A stretch of 61,439 nt of DNA, the filler included, from Vannella sp. (lineage: Eukaryota): assembly GCA_023345925.1 (NCBI GenBank). It is 6 parts of 6 records of this genome, joined end to end, with 100 filler letters (N's around TTAATTAATTAA, not from the genome) between each part and the next. Parts side by side here need not be neighbours in the genome. Positions count along the whole stretch, not along the records: positions 1 to 19,029 come from JAJQQN010001302.1; 5 more parts are not named here. One strand, written 5' to 3'. This document shows, piece by piece, positions 1 to 16,210 of this stretch. The notes beneath the pieces are model-generated. The model was not told the origin of the DNA, did no database searches, and saw nothing but the letters and a program-made list of their open reading frames with translations. The first letter of the stretch is position 1, and each line of letters begins with the position of its first letter. The translations under genes and the position numbers were made by a program.

Positions 1-142
1 GTATTATACGCTTATGTGCCTCCGCCAGCTCCTAAAACCTCTCCTCTGCTCCCCCTCAAAGAACCAATCAGAATTCAGAGTGTCTGAGGGATGGAAAATA
101 AATAAACTGTTCTTGATTGAAATTGGCCACAGAATGGGCATT

Positions 143-1738
143 ATGTCTACGGAGGGGCTTTACGGCTGTGGCTGTGGGAGGGACTTTGCCCTTGCGCTGT
201 TATGCTATTGCCAGCGATGTGGTGTTGTGCGCTGCAAGTATTGCACGTTGGAAGCTGTCCAATCGATCTTCTGCCCCGCTTGTGAACAAAGCGTGCCCTC
301 AGGAGAGGCAGCGGACTCTGGCAACCGGTGAGGATCGTTCTCCTCGAATGTTTGATGGTTCTTATCAGCCTGATTCAGATGCAAACGTTGCTTCGAGTGT
401 CCTGATTGCCAGAGCACTCTCAAGATGTCCTCTCGCACGGAGGAAGGCCGAAGTTCCGTGTTCCTTCAATGTTCGGCTTGTCAGTACTCTACGATCGACC
501 GCCTTTCTGCTGGATCTCCTGAGGAGCTGCTGGGTTAGTTCGCTCCATCTGTCTTTCCTCCGTCTTACGTGAGAAGATCTCTACACCGAACAGGAAAAAG
601 ACAAGGAAGAGGGCGCCTTCCTCAAGCTTGTAGAGCAACTGAAGAAGGAAGAGGAGGAAGCTATCATGCAGGAGAGGAAAACCAAAAAGAGGTCTCTCTA
701 TAGAACCCTCTCCACGACAGTGGCGAGACCTGCTTCTTCGCGAGAAGGGCGAATCCGAGGTTGGGCATTCTTGACACCAGGGAAGCGTCTGATTCAGTTG
801 GGAGGGCAGTTGGGGATGGACTAAAGGGTCTGGAAGATTCCCAACGAACTAAGGAGGAAGCAGTGAGCTTCAACGGGAAGCTGAAGAAAGCAGAAGATGC
901 TCAGGCCCCTTCCTCAGCTTCCCAGGAGCCTTTCATTCCCGACTCTGACCCCCATTCTCTTCCTCCAGCTAGTGAAGGTAAGCATAAGGACACTTATATC
1001 TTAGTACCTGACTGAATCCACCGAAGTGACTTCGCTATCTCAGAGACTGGCGGGCTACCCTCTTTCTAATCGGAATTTACGGAAGGACCTTTTGCCTGGT
1101 CGGAAGCTTTTGGTCTCCAAAAAGACAAAGAGCTGTGCAACCTGTGATAAAGTCCTGGTCAAACCAGGCATCAACCCAGCCCAGGTCCAGTTCGACCTGA
1201 GACACGTTGCTTGGCTATTTCTTCCTCGATTCCGGCTTAGTTTGCAGAGCTCTCCGCTACCAGAGCGCTTCGTTAGTCAACAAGAGTATCAAATTGTGGT
1301 GGAAGTTCACCACCGTGTGAGAGACTTTATGTATTTCCGCCTTCGCCCTTTGGAAGAGGCAGGATCCTGTCGCCTTTTGCTTTCTGATGAAGCGGAAAGC
1401 CGTGACTCTTTCCAGTATATTCTGCCCTTTGAATTTGACCCAGATGTGGATACAGAGTTACAAGAGCAGTTGGAAATCCTCCTCAAGTCTCACACAGACC
1501 CACTTTGGATCGTCCAACGCCAAGGCAGTTTTGTCCGCATTTCTCTCCGTTTCAAGGTCCTTTCCTCGACTCCCCAGAGCCCCATTTCAGTAAGTTCCTT
1601 TTGAGTCTGTTTGGTGATCAAAGTTGGGCTCACTTTCGACAGCTCCGCTTTGGAGTGGATGCAAAGTTTACACTCCCCACAGGAGAACAAGAGACCTCCT
1701 TCGAAGTGTCTTTGCCTTTGGGGAGTGTCTCTGAGTAG
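143..1738 (+). CDS. DCTN4: Dynactin subunit 4 (p62), multi-exon
   Basis: Cys-rich N-terminus (CYCQRC..RCKYC..FCPAC) continues across intron 328-378 into RCKRCFECPDC. Later segment TSLSQRL...SKKTKSCATCDKVLVKP..F matches p62. Alternative start at ATG 134. Confidence 0.85.
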
Positions 1739-1780
1739 AGTAACGATGATAATACGATTGCTTTTGGATATTTATGCCCC

Positions 1781-4015
1781 TCACATCAGGGGAGAACGAT
1801 TCATGTGACTATGAAAATCATTGGCACCGTCTGGTGTGAACGACATCATATCATAATCATCGGGAAGGGACCCAGACAAGTCCAACTCGCCAGTCAATTC
1901 GTCCGAGTATGAGACGTCATCTTGAGCTCCTCGGTCATCCCAGCAGCAGAAGATGTCATCAATCCATTGGGAAGATGATTTGAGAAGGAAAGGATCGAAA
2001 GGGAAGATCGATTGGATGTGCGTTGGTGCAGTTGATCTCTGCCTTAGCGCAACCCGCTTGCACAATAACGTCAAACGGGTCACTCCCAAGTCTTCGCAGA
2101 TTCTAGTGAACTCGCGGACCACCAAAGGACTGCAAAAGTGGAAGGGATTCAACGAACTGTCGATGATCTCTTCAACAGCGAAAGTAGACAAACACTCCTC
2201 TTTGGTAAGACGATCAAGAATGCGTTCCAAGTGGAAACAGAACATGTAAAAGATTGCATCGCAGAGGTGGTAGAAGATCGAATGCTTCTCAATGCCTTCA
2301 GGCACACCGTTGTTATCTCGTGAGTATAGCACAGCCCACGAACAAAGAGTCTTAATTGTGCTATGAATGAGTGAAGACGATGCGAATTTGGCTCGTGCGA
2401 TGTAGCTGGCAATGTAAGCAATGGAAGTCACTTTCAGGAATTGGGAACTGCTCGTTTCGACTGTCTTCTGGACGAGATAGCCTAGGAATGCTTGGGAGAA
2501 GATGGGTGACTTGGAGCACATAAAGAAGATCAGGAATTGAGGATGCTTTGAGCCATGGGTGGGGAGAATGGAAGCATCGAACACTCTGAGCATCACTTTA
2601 AAGACCTCTTCAGAGGCTTGCCTATCTTCGCATACACCCTCCAAGAAAGTAAATGCACGAACCATCAGACAATCCAGCTTATCAGCCATCTGCCTTGACC
2701 TTGAACTAGGTGCTGAGCGCCCTTGAGTTAGATGATCGTCCAATTCAAACTGGAGATCAGAAGAGTCTCCCAGCTGAGCATCATCTCCATCAAAGTCCTC
2801 TTCGGAAGGAGTGATCTCGATCTCAGCATCAATATCAACCATCAGGAGAATCAGATACTCCAAGAGGCGCTCCCGAACCAACCGGCAATTCGCAGCAATG
2901 CGCAGAACGTGCATAGAGTACTGATCCAAGTTGATCAGCGCATTCACTTTGTTCGGAAAGTGCTTTGTCAGACTCTGCTCCTCGTGAGTCTCACAGAAAG
3001 GCAAGGAAGGGCCTGATCGTACCTCAACAAGGGAAGAAGGAGCTGTTGGAGAGACGGTGGTCAAGCGGATAGCGATTGATTCAGCAAAAGAACCTATCAG
3101 ATCCTCTTGGCGGAGTTCTAGACCCTCTTCGGGCTCGGGGGGAACCATATCGCGAGCAAGTTTCTCGCAAATCATCGTGGTGAAGCGCTGGTTGCACGAT
3201 ACCAAGCTGACAATCATCCTAAAGAGAGTTAGCGACGCAATGGAAGGGGAGAGAGATGGTGGAGAAGCCGAAATGCGTCGTAGTGCGTTCAAAAGGGACA
3301 AAGAAGGGGCGAAAGGGCCTCTGGTGACGGGTACTGCCACCATGCTCTCTGCCTCTTTCTCCAAATAGGAGCGGAGAAGCCAGGAAAGAACGGGAACGAT
3401 CCGTCTTCCGCGGAGGTGAACGACACAGTCAACCAAACGTTGAGTGAGAGCAACGTTGGCTAAATGGTTCGGTTCAGCCTCGCGCTTGCAGGTGGTAGGG
3501 ACACCTTGGGCTGCTTTATTTGCTGCACAGAGGCAGCATTGTCGCAAGTGCCTTCGAAGGCTGTCTCCGATCACTGACCATGACCAGGTCACCATTGCGA
3601 GATCTTTGCTGATCAGCGCAACTCGCGGGCCGGTCTCGCTCAAGCCTCATAGGCAGACGCTTTTCTTCTTCCGTACAGCCATGTCTCTGTTGAGAGCTGA
3701 GCTTACTCTTCGAATGCTTGGTTGGTGTAAAGGCCGCCATCATAGCGATACCGTAGGAGGAGAGTCACCAGCTCGACACAGTTGGGCTGCACAAGGCTGA
3801 TACATTTGACAAGTGCACCAAACCAAAAGACCAACGTGCTGATCGGGGTAGCCTCCAAAGCTTTCATAATCTTGATATAATCCGACGAGTTCCCAGCCTA
3901 CCAGCCCAGTGTAAGACAACCGCGATCGCGGCAACTTGTTCGTATCAACCTTCATCTTCGTAAGAGCTTGCGTCAAGCTCTTCAAAGCCTGTTGTTCAGC
4001 CTTCTCTCGGTCCAT
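1781..4015 (-). CDS. RRN3: RNA polymerase I transcription initiation factor RRN3/TIF-IA
   Basis: Motifs ADKLDCLM, ILPTHGSKHPQFLIF, YIASYIARAKF and FPFDPFLL. Spliced N-terminus MDREKAEQQ...|AGNSSDY...QAFEE|MIVSLVS uses a short intron and a 488-nt intron (3219-3706). Confidence 0.9.
3219..3706 (-). other. Unusually long (488 nt) hairpin-rich intron of RRN3; possible intronic ncRNA host
   Basis: GTAAGC donor at 3706 and CTAAC...CTTTAG acceptor at 3219. Removal joins GA|G ATG in frame. Several short inverted repeats lie inside. Confidence 0.65.
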
Positions 4016-4223
4016 GAGCCGCCTCGTCCTCCGAGACAAAAAATAATGACCAAAATTTGATCTTTTCAAAGTCCCTTGATTTGCATTAAAATCATGTTTG
4101 AAATGAATTCTGCGATTGCATTTGAATGGGCCTTGTGGATGGAAAAGTCTTCCTCATTGCTTCGTTGCCTCCGACAAGGTGCTTCATCCGGAAGCTTACA
4201 CGGTTCGCTCTGCGCCAAAGAAG

Positions 4224-7200
4224 ATGCCTCGGTTTGGGGCTAAGGATCCCTGGGATGCGATCAGGAACCCGGAGAACAAGTTCTCTCTGAAGCACATGCA
4301 GTATGTGGCTGCTGGCTGCTGTTGAAGTGTCTGATTTACTGGGGGATAGGCTGTTGTGCGAACTGTGTGAGAAGCAGACCTCTTCTGTGACGGAGAAGAA
4401 CCAAGAGTTCATGGTGGAAGTCCTTAGGCAACTGGCGGAGCTTATTCTTTGGGGGGATCAGCACGACCCCCAATTCTTTGAGTGCGCACCCCTCTCCTTT
4501 GTCCTGTGAAGGCTCTAAGAGTCTCTATTGTGTGTGGAAGGCCTTGAAGCTCACCAGTAGGGGTGTGGAATGTAGCATTTTCCTGGAGAGAACCACTTTG
4601 ACCTATTTGATGCGCGTGCTGCAGCAGGATGTCGTTCTAGTGAAGATACAACTCCTTCAGACCCTTAGTATCCTCATCCAAAACCTCAGGAGTGACATGG
4701 CACTCTGTAAGTGGGACCACTTCCTCCTCCCTTGGCTTACAGACTCGTGCAGACTTCCTCCTCTCCAACAACTACATCAACGAACTGATCACTTACGAGT
4801 GGGACTTCCGCAACGAGGACGTGATGGCCAACTACGTCTCTTTCCTCAAAACAATCTCTCTCAAGCTCAACTCCCGAACCATCCAGTTCTTCTTCAACGA
4901 GGTCCGGTTTCCTCGCTCAGAGAACATACTGGGAGCTGACAGGGGGTCACAAGATGAAGGGCACCTTCCCCTTGTACACAGAGGCGATCAAGTTCTACGA
5001 CAGCAAGGAATCGATGGTCCGGGTGGCGGTCAAGACACTGACACTGAACGTGTACCGCGGTTGGTTCTCTCTGGTACCTTGGGGTGGGTCTAACAGGATG
5101 GACAGTCCAAGACCCGCCCATGCTCAAGTTCGTTATGGACAAGACGGCGGCTCCCTACTGCAGTAACATCGTTCTTTTCATCGTTAAGCAACTGAAGAGA
5201 GTCCACGACTACCTCTGCAAGCCGTAAGAACCATGCTGCCGCCCTCTCCAATGGCAAGGTCAGAATTCTGATGGGAACGGGCGGATTGGGATAGTTCCTG
5301 CACTTCTGGGGAGCTTCAGGAAGTGATGGATGAGCTTCTGGATCTTTTGTATTACATCCAGGACATCTTCGCTCTGAATATGGACCAGATGAATCGGATT
5401 CTCACCTTCCATTTGATTCAATACTTGGTTGCTCCCATGTTAGTTGGCAATCTCACTCTTGTCTCTCCTTCTGGGTCAGAGAGGCGTCACCCAGCTCCTC
5501 CTGTTGAACTGAAACCTCGCCTGGTTCTTTATTTGTTGGCTCAATTCTTCCACATCTTCACACACGCTCCGTTTATTAACGCAGCGGGTGCGCTTTTGCT
5601 CCATCCCACTCCTACTCTCTATGATATGCATCACAAGTTACCTGCGGCATTCCAAACCTTCAACCAGATCCCTGACTTTGTCCATTGGAAGAGTAAAGAG
5701 TGTGAGGCTGTGGTGCCTCCACGAGCAGAGACACCCAATTCACAAAGGCCACGAACACGCTCTGGCCTCGATTCAATGTATTCGTCAATGAGAAAGCCTG
5801 CCACTCCTCCCAGGCCTCCTCCTCAGGCCTCTGTAGAGCCCACCCCAGCCCAAGTGCGCGGTAGAGATGCACTTCTCGACTATCTACGCAGTGATGAAGA
5901 TCAATTGGTTCTGGGCAGTCTCTGTGTATTGTATTCCATGTCCAAAAATCACACCTTTGAGCGGAAACTCCTGGGTGAGGCTGGACTCTTGCCTCATCGA
6001 CTGGTCAAGGTCCAAAACCTTTTAGATTCATTGATACTTGAGTCTCCTCGTTCTAAGACTTCCACTGATCTCTTTGGGGAAAGCACCGGTCCACTTGATC
6101 TTTTTGCAGATCCCAGTCAACCTCAGGTGAGTTTCATCAAGCCAGAGAATGAATCATCTAATTGGAGCTCAGGGAGAGGAAACCCCGGCCCAGTGCGGCG
6201 AATCTCTGACAAGCGCACTCATTTGTGCTCTTTTGCGACTCCAAAAGTATCGCGTTGTCACACTCGAATTGACTATTACGATGCTCCTTGAACTGGTGTA
6301 TAGCGAGGATAAGTGTCCCAATTTGACGAGCTCGCAAAGAGATCATCTCCAATTGGCCTTTGAGATGTCTGTAGCTAATCTTCGGGAGCGTTTAATCAAC
6401 TCTGAAGTGGGAGAAGTATTCCTTGAACTCTTTGAAGACGAAATCAAGTCGATGAAAGCTTTGCAATTCGAAGATTTGATTACCAACTATGATCTACTCA
6501 TGCCCATCCCTCACGGTCCTCAGCGGGGATTCTCCTTTGCGATGAGACTTCCTGAGGGTGACTTGGAAGAAACCAAGAAGGCAGTCCAGGAATTCCTCCG
6601 AACGAGGAAGCTCCAGCTCACCTTAGAGAGGAAAGAAGACGAGATTCTCCCTTTGAAGGTCAAGTCCAAAGACTCTGCCACTGTCCAAGAAGGAATGTCC
6701 GTCCCCCTGGGTGAGAAACCTTCCTTTGAGTGCGACATTATTTCACTACAAGGTGTTGGGAAGAGGACGCTGCTCACTGAAGAACCTTACTTTCTTGTGG
6801 TTCTTCCAGAGACAAAAACGGAGTCTGGAGAAGCTTCTGGTACCATTCAGCAGATCTTGGATCTTCAAAATATCGAAGTGGCCGTGAGTTCAGGAGATGA
6901 GCGAACGCTGTTGACAAAAGCTGGCTCAATGGCCTTTACTTCAGAAGAGCACTGCCAGGAAGCCAAGAATTGGATTGAACAGGCCAAGCAACAGGTCCGC
7001 CACGGCAAGTTGGAACAACTTTACTTACTTTTGGGCATTGACAAACAAGACGCCGCTTCCATTTCTCAACGACGAAGCAAGCCAATCATTGGGAACGAGG
7101 CCAAACCAAAACCTCACGTCAGTCGCAACCAAATGGATGCCAATTTGGAGATCACCACTCCCATCGAGGACGATCTCGATCTTCCCATGGAAACCGGAGC

Positions 7201-7246
7201 TGTCGAAGAAATGCAGTTGGAAACGCCTTTGAACAGCTCCACATAG
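4224..7246 (+). CDS. CLEC16A: CLEC16A/GOP-1/TT9 family (FPL domain) endolysosomal protein
   Basis: [65 protein letters not shown] and [16 protein letters not shown]. Introns include 4301-4349 and 6127-6172. Confidence 0.9.
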
Positions 7247-7269
7247 TCTCCAATAAACGTTAAATAACG

Positions 7270-8812
7270 TCAAATTACTTCGTTTAGGACGGTGCGTTCT
7301 TCCTCCCCCGCTCTCCACTCTATTTTTCAATGAGACTCTTGAAGAGATCAGGACTGGCGTTGTGTTCTCTTACTTGTGATGGTTTCATAATCTTCCGCAG
7401 AGAGTGGAATGTGGCCCAAAAGGTGATAGTATTCGGTCAATACTCCTTGAATGCACAATTTGGCTGCCCTGATAGGAATCAAACCTGGAGATAATTAGAT
7501 TCCTACAAGTCATGACCCTCGCTCTCCTACCATTCCGCCATAAAGCGAGGATTTCATGAATAGACTTGGAACAAATCGGGTCCAAGCGGAGAATCTCGTC
7601 GTACACTTGCACCCGGACATTCACTTCTTCTGGAAACTGGCTGCTGAGAAGCTCCTCCAAAGCTCTTATCCAAGATAAGTCCTAATCCACCCAAAAGACT
7701 AGAACGCAGCTCACCGGAAACCAAAAGGATTTGCCGGATTATTCCGGCAGAACGCATGCGCCATTTGACGGCCATCTTGCCACATCCCTTCTCCGTACAA
7801 GAGCTAAGTGAGGGTGAGGATGCTTCTATCAAAAGCAGGAGAGATGAATACGCGTACTTGGAGGGAATGAGCAAATGCAGTGACATTGGAGGGCTCCCAC
7901 GAGAGGGCCAGACGGAAGAACCCGAGCGCTCTCTCCCAATGGACATTGTGAAGTCCTGGAGGGTCTGAATGCACATGCAGGAGCTGCCGATAAGCCTTCT
8001 GCTGAGTGGAATCCAAAGTTCTGTCTGCCATATGAGTCCCTTTGACCACCCTGAAGCGCCGGCGAAGGTCTCCGAGGATCAATCGCCGAGCGGAAGCTTC
8101 ATCTTGAGCACTACTGAAGTCAATCAGAGTCTCAGTGGGCTGCCAAGTCCCCAAATCGTCCGGATCACTCTCCTCTTTGCCTGCGTCTTCCTCACTCTCC
8201 TCGCTACTTTGGGCCTCTCTCATCGTCTGATCTGACTCTTGCCACAATGAAAAGCTCGAAAGACCTAAGAAGAGGGCTGCTTCTAGCCGATCTAGCGCAA
8301 AGAACGACTCTCGAGTGAGGGCGAGCCACCGATCATAAGCGGCGCCGTTTTGTCCGCTCTTCCAGAGGAGTTTCGTCAGTTCAATGGTGATTGGTACTGC
8401 CTAAGAGTGTGTTAGACCATCATGTGGTGCACTGAGCTCTTCTAACCAGCTGAGGCTTGTGTAAGTGATGTCGCAACAAGGTGGTGAACACTTCCTGAGC
8501 TTTTGCGCTAGTAGAAGCATCTGAGCTTTCAAAGAGAGCAAAAGTACTCTACATAACCGATCCAGTTCCATCTATGAGTCCTCTACTCCTCACAAGAGCT
8601 CACAATCGACAAACCTGCACACAAAGTTCGTAGAACTCTCCAAAGTTGAAGTAAACAAGCGCCAGCATAGCCGCTGACTTGTCCAACTCCCTTGCTAACA
8701 ACGTCTCACGCAAGATATCCAACGCCAGAGCAAAGTACCGCCCTTTCCCCTTCAAAGGAGCCGTCGAAAGGAGATGGCGGCTCGCATCTCGCCCCGTTCG
8801 CCACTGGAACAT
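7270..8812 (-). CDS. Helical-repeat protein, probable TAF1A/Rrn11-like Pol I core factor subunit
   Basis: Spliced ORF from MFQWR (8812) to TGA (7270). LDILRETLLARELDKSAAMLALV and LQLLYGEG..GRQMAHAFCRNNPANP..YDEILRLDP resemble remembered TAF1A/Rrn11 segments. Middle exon boundaries are approximate. Confidence 0.45.
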
Positions 8813-8888
8813 CAAACAATGTTTGTCACCTCTTCGTATCAACCTACAGAGCCGCCCAAACCACCATTTCCTGGCAGCGGGTGGCCGG

Positions 8889-13234
<4,346 letters not shown>

Positions 13235-13532
13235 ACTTTACTCTAAATGAGTGCTCGTGTCTGATACTGGTATCTCGGAAAGGGCCTCCGGACTTGGAGA
13301 GAAGTCACGAGCGTCGAGGGCATTTTTCCCTTGTTGGGAGACCTTCTCTGCGCTACTTCGGTAGTTGCTGGAGTTAAAAGATCTCTCTGAGAATCACCAA
13401 CTTCACCCGAGCGAAATTCTTCCTCCTTGGTGATTGGTCCAAACTGAAAATTTCCTAGAAAACGGAGAATTGGATTGTTTTGCGTTTTTGGATCCCTTCC
13501 CGCTCCATCAACTGCCATAACTTTGCTGCGCC

Positions 13533-16150
13533 ATGGAATATGACGTCTTGCTTCCAGATAGCCAAGGCGATGATGTGGGACTACCAGACTGGATAGAGGG
13601 GAACACCCGTTGGACGTCGGAAGGAAGGGAAAGTGTGGAAGGGATCACCGAATATCGCAGTTTCTCCCGCATAGTGGACGGAACTGAACTTTTTGAGGTC
13701 TCAGTCGAAAGCTTCGTGTTTTGGGACAAGTATATCGTCCAGGTGGAGTGCCTGAGAGAGATGCCCGGCGGAGAAAGGCTTTGCCGCGCGCGACTTCTCT
13801 TCCGTCCCCGCCAGACTCAGCAACTAGAGCGTCCTTACCACGGTGTTTCAGAGCTTATCAACTCCAATATCACCATCGAAGGTTCTCTTGAACTCATCCA
13901 AGGCATGGTGAGAGGATCCCTCGTTCCCATGAAAGGGCTCGTTTAATCTTATGTAATGCGTCGCTTTAGTGCTCTGTGCAACCCTACGAGGAGTACTTGG
14001 AGCGAACTGACTTTCCCCCCAACACATTCTACACTAACAACCGCGAAATGTGTCAACTTGCGCCAGGAACTCCTCCTTTGACTGTTCATTCTCTCAATAC
14101 TCTGAACTTTGACTCAATCATCGTTCACAAAGTTTCAAGTCCGTTTCTTGGGCACCCAAAAGCCTTTCAGAATCAATCTCAGCCTCAGCAATCCCCCAGA
14201 ACAGCCAAAGTGCTGGAAATTGACCTTTCTGAGGATATTGAGTTTCCTTTGAACTCCTCTGCGTCTACTGTAGAAGGCAGTAGCTCCTGGAGCGATCCTT
14301 GTTTTAGTGAGAGCGACTCTCAATTCTTACTGGAGAGTGAAGAGTTGGAGAACCGACATCAGGAACTTCAGAAAATGTCCATTTCGGATCTGAGATTGGC
14401 TTGTGAGCGCTTGGGTCTCCCTTCTGGAGGCAAGAAACTGGACCTTATATCCCGCTTGTTTGCCTCGCATAAGACGAAAAGCACTCTGGCTCGCCACCAA
14501 TGGGAAACTCAAGAGAACCTCAGGAATGGAAAGATTATCCCCAAACCACAGCCTCGTCCTCCACCTCAATTCGCCCATTTCGGACCCAGGCCTTCGGAGA
14601 AGGCTGATGCAAAAGCTGCGGCAATGTATCCGAGAGTCAAGGCCAGCGCCAACGGAATGCCTGTCAGAAGCCACACTGAAGATGACTTTGCAAGCATCAA
14701 GCCCTCAGAGATGGTGACTGCCAAAGAAATTAAGAAGAAGTTCAACGATAAGAGCAGTTTCCCTTCTCCTGTCCAACTGAGAGCGGATGCGAATGAAGGG
14801 AAGGCTTTCATGTCCTTGCTGGGTGATATCTCACTACGCCTCAGTCCCCTGAAGCAAAGAACCTCCCTGAACACGCAAGCAGTTTATTCCAACCCTTCTC
14901 GCCATCTTGCGGAGTGGACAAAGCCGTCTCCAAGGAAAACTGTGGAGCAATCTTTCGACCCAATTCCTGATTTGGTTACTGTCCAACAGCGCGGGCGGCG
15001 AAGCGCCAGCTCAGCAAAGTTATCCGAAGACATCGACATCGATGTTTCTCCTCCAAGTTCTGATGATGAAGAACCCATCGTACTTCCAAGCCCCTCTCCA
15101 AAGGCGCGCTCCAGGTTACGGAAGATCGCACAACCCCAGCAGGTAGTATTCCCCAAGTTATCGATGTTGGAATTCAGTTCGGAAGAAGATGATGAACTGC
15201 CGCCTGAGTTTGAACTGAAGGGCACAAACAAAAGGGCCCGTCCCTCTTGGGGAGCCCCTTCAAGTCCAGATAGTGGCAGCGACTTGGAAGGTTTCATTGT
15301 GGATGATGATGAAGAGGAGGAACCAGCGCCTAAGAAAGCTAAGCATGAAAAGGAGGACTCTGATAGCGAATCTGAAGTGGTCATTCACTACCCAGAAGAA
15401 GTGAACTCATTTGCTCAACAACACTATTCAATGCGAAACGCGTTTTCCATTTACATCCAATATCTGTTGAGTTGCCAACTTGAAAACAACTTCGTGGATC
15501 AAATCATCAAAGATCCAGAAAGCTTCGCCTACTTTGAACCAGCCCGTAAAAAGATTGAGCACTCGTTAACGGACCGAAAAGATCTGATTGTAACGAGTAG
15601 TATTTGGAGCCAAGAGTTTCATCATCACCTCCTCCGTTTACCCCATTTTGAGTCTAACAGATCATTTATCAATCTTGATTGCCAAGTTTGCCGGCGGTCC
15701 AATCACCCCTCTATCTATTCGTTGAGTCTCAGCGGCATTCCATACAATTCCGAAAAAATGTGGGACACCCACGCAGCTGTAAGCCTTCTCCCATTCACAA
15801 GAGGGGCCCAAACTAACTAACTTACTAACTGTTTATCCGATTAGGAAATCGTTGAACATTCCAAAGAGCAAGAAGAACACAGTTACTTTGCTGGCCGAGT
15901 CTGTCACAAACGCACTTGGCTTTTTCACCGCCTCCATCACATCAAGTACAGAATCATTACAGCTCTTCATCAGAGAATAGCTGCAATGCCCGACCTTGAC
16001 GAAGCAACCATTGTCAGCACTATTACCGAGGACCAGGGCTTCGTCGAATCTCACTTTATGTACTTTTCCCAGCTCCTTTCAGAAGCGGATGATTTTGGAC
16101 GGAAAGGAATGGCCGACCGCGATGAAGATGACGTCGTTGCTCATCTTTAG
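13533..16150 (+). CDS. Nuclear protein with BAH-like, SAP and DUF4211/CCDC82-like domains
   Basis: Exon 1 ending ELINSN..ELIQGM|CSVQPYEEY..FY is BAH-like (intron 13908-13969). MSISDLRLACERLGLPSGGKKLDLISRL is a SAP motif. C-terminal SSIWSQEF..CQVCRR..GRVCHKRTWLFHRLHH resembles DUF4211 (intron 15779-15844). Confidence 0.6.
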
Positions 16151-16210
16151 TGAAGTACATGCTCCTGAATTCCTATTTACTTGATCCCACTTCCTCTTTG
16201 CTTGGGTTTC

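Noticed and set aside
3300..3700. U4-like GTGGCAGTA, U6-like ACAGAGA and snR30-like GAACCAT words in the RRN3 intron
   Set aside because: Isolated short matches without the required flanking motifs.
8679..8888. N-terminal extension of the PI3K ORF
   Set aside because: It starts at a non-ATG codon and overlaps the first exon of the divergent gene. ATG 8889 is preferred.
13243..13518. 91-aa minus-strand ORF between PI3K and the BAH/SAP gene
   Set aside because: No recognisable motif, and its ATG is only 14 nt from the divergent ATG at 13533. Probably promoter or UTR, though not excluded.
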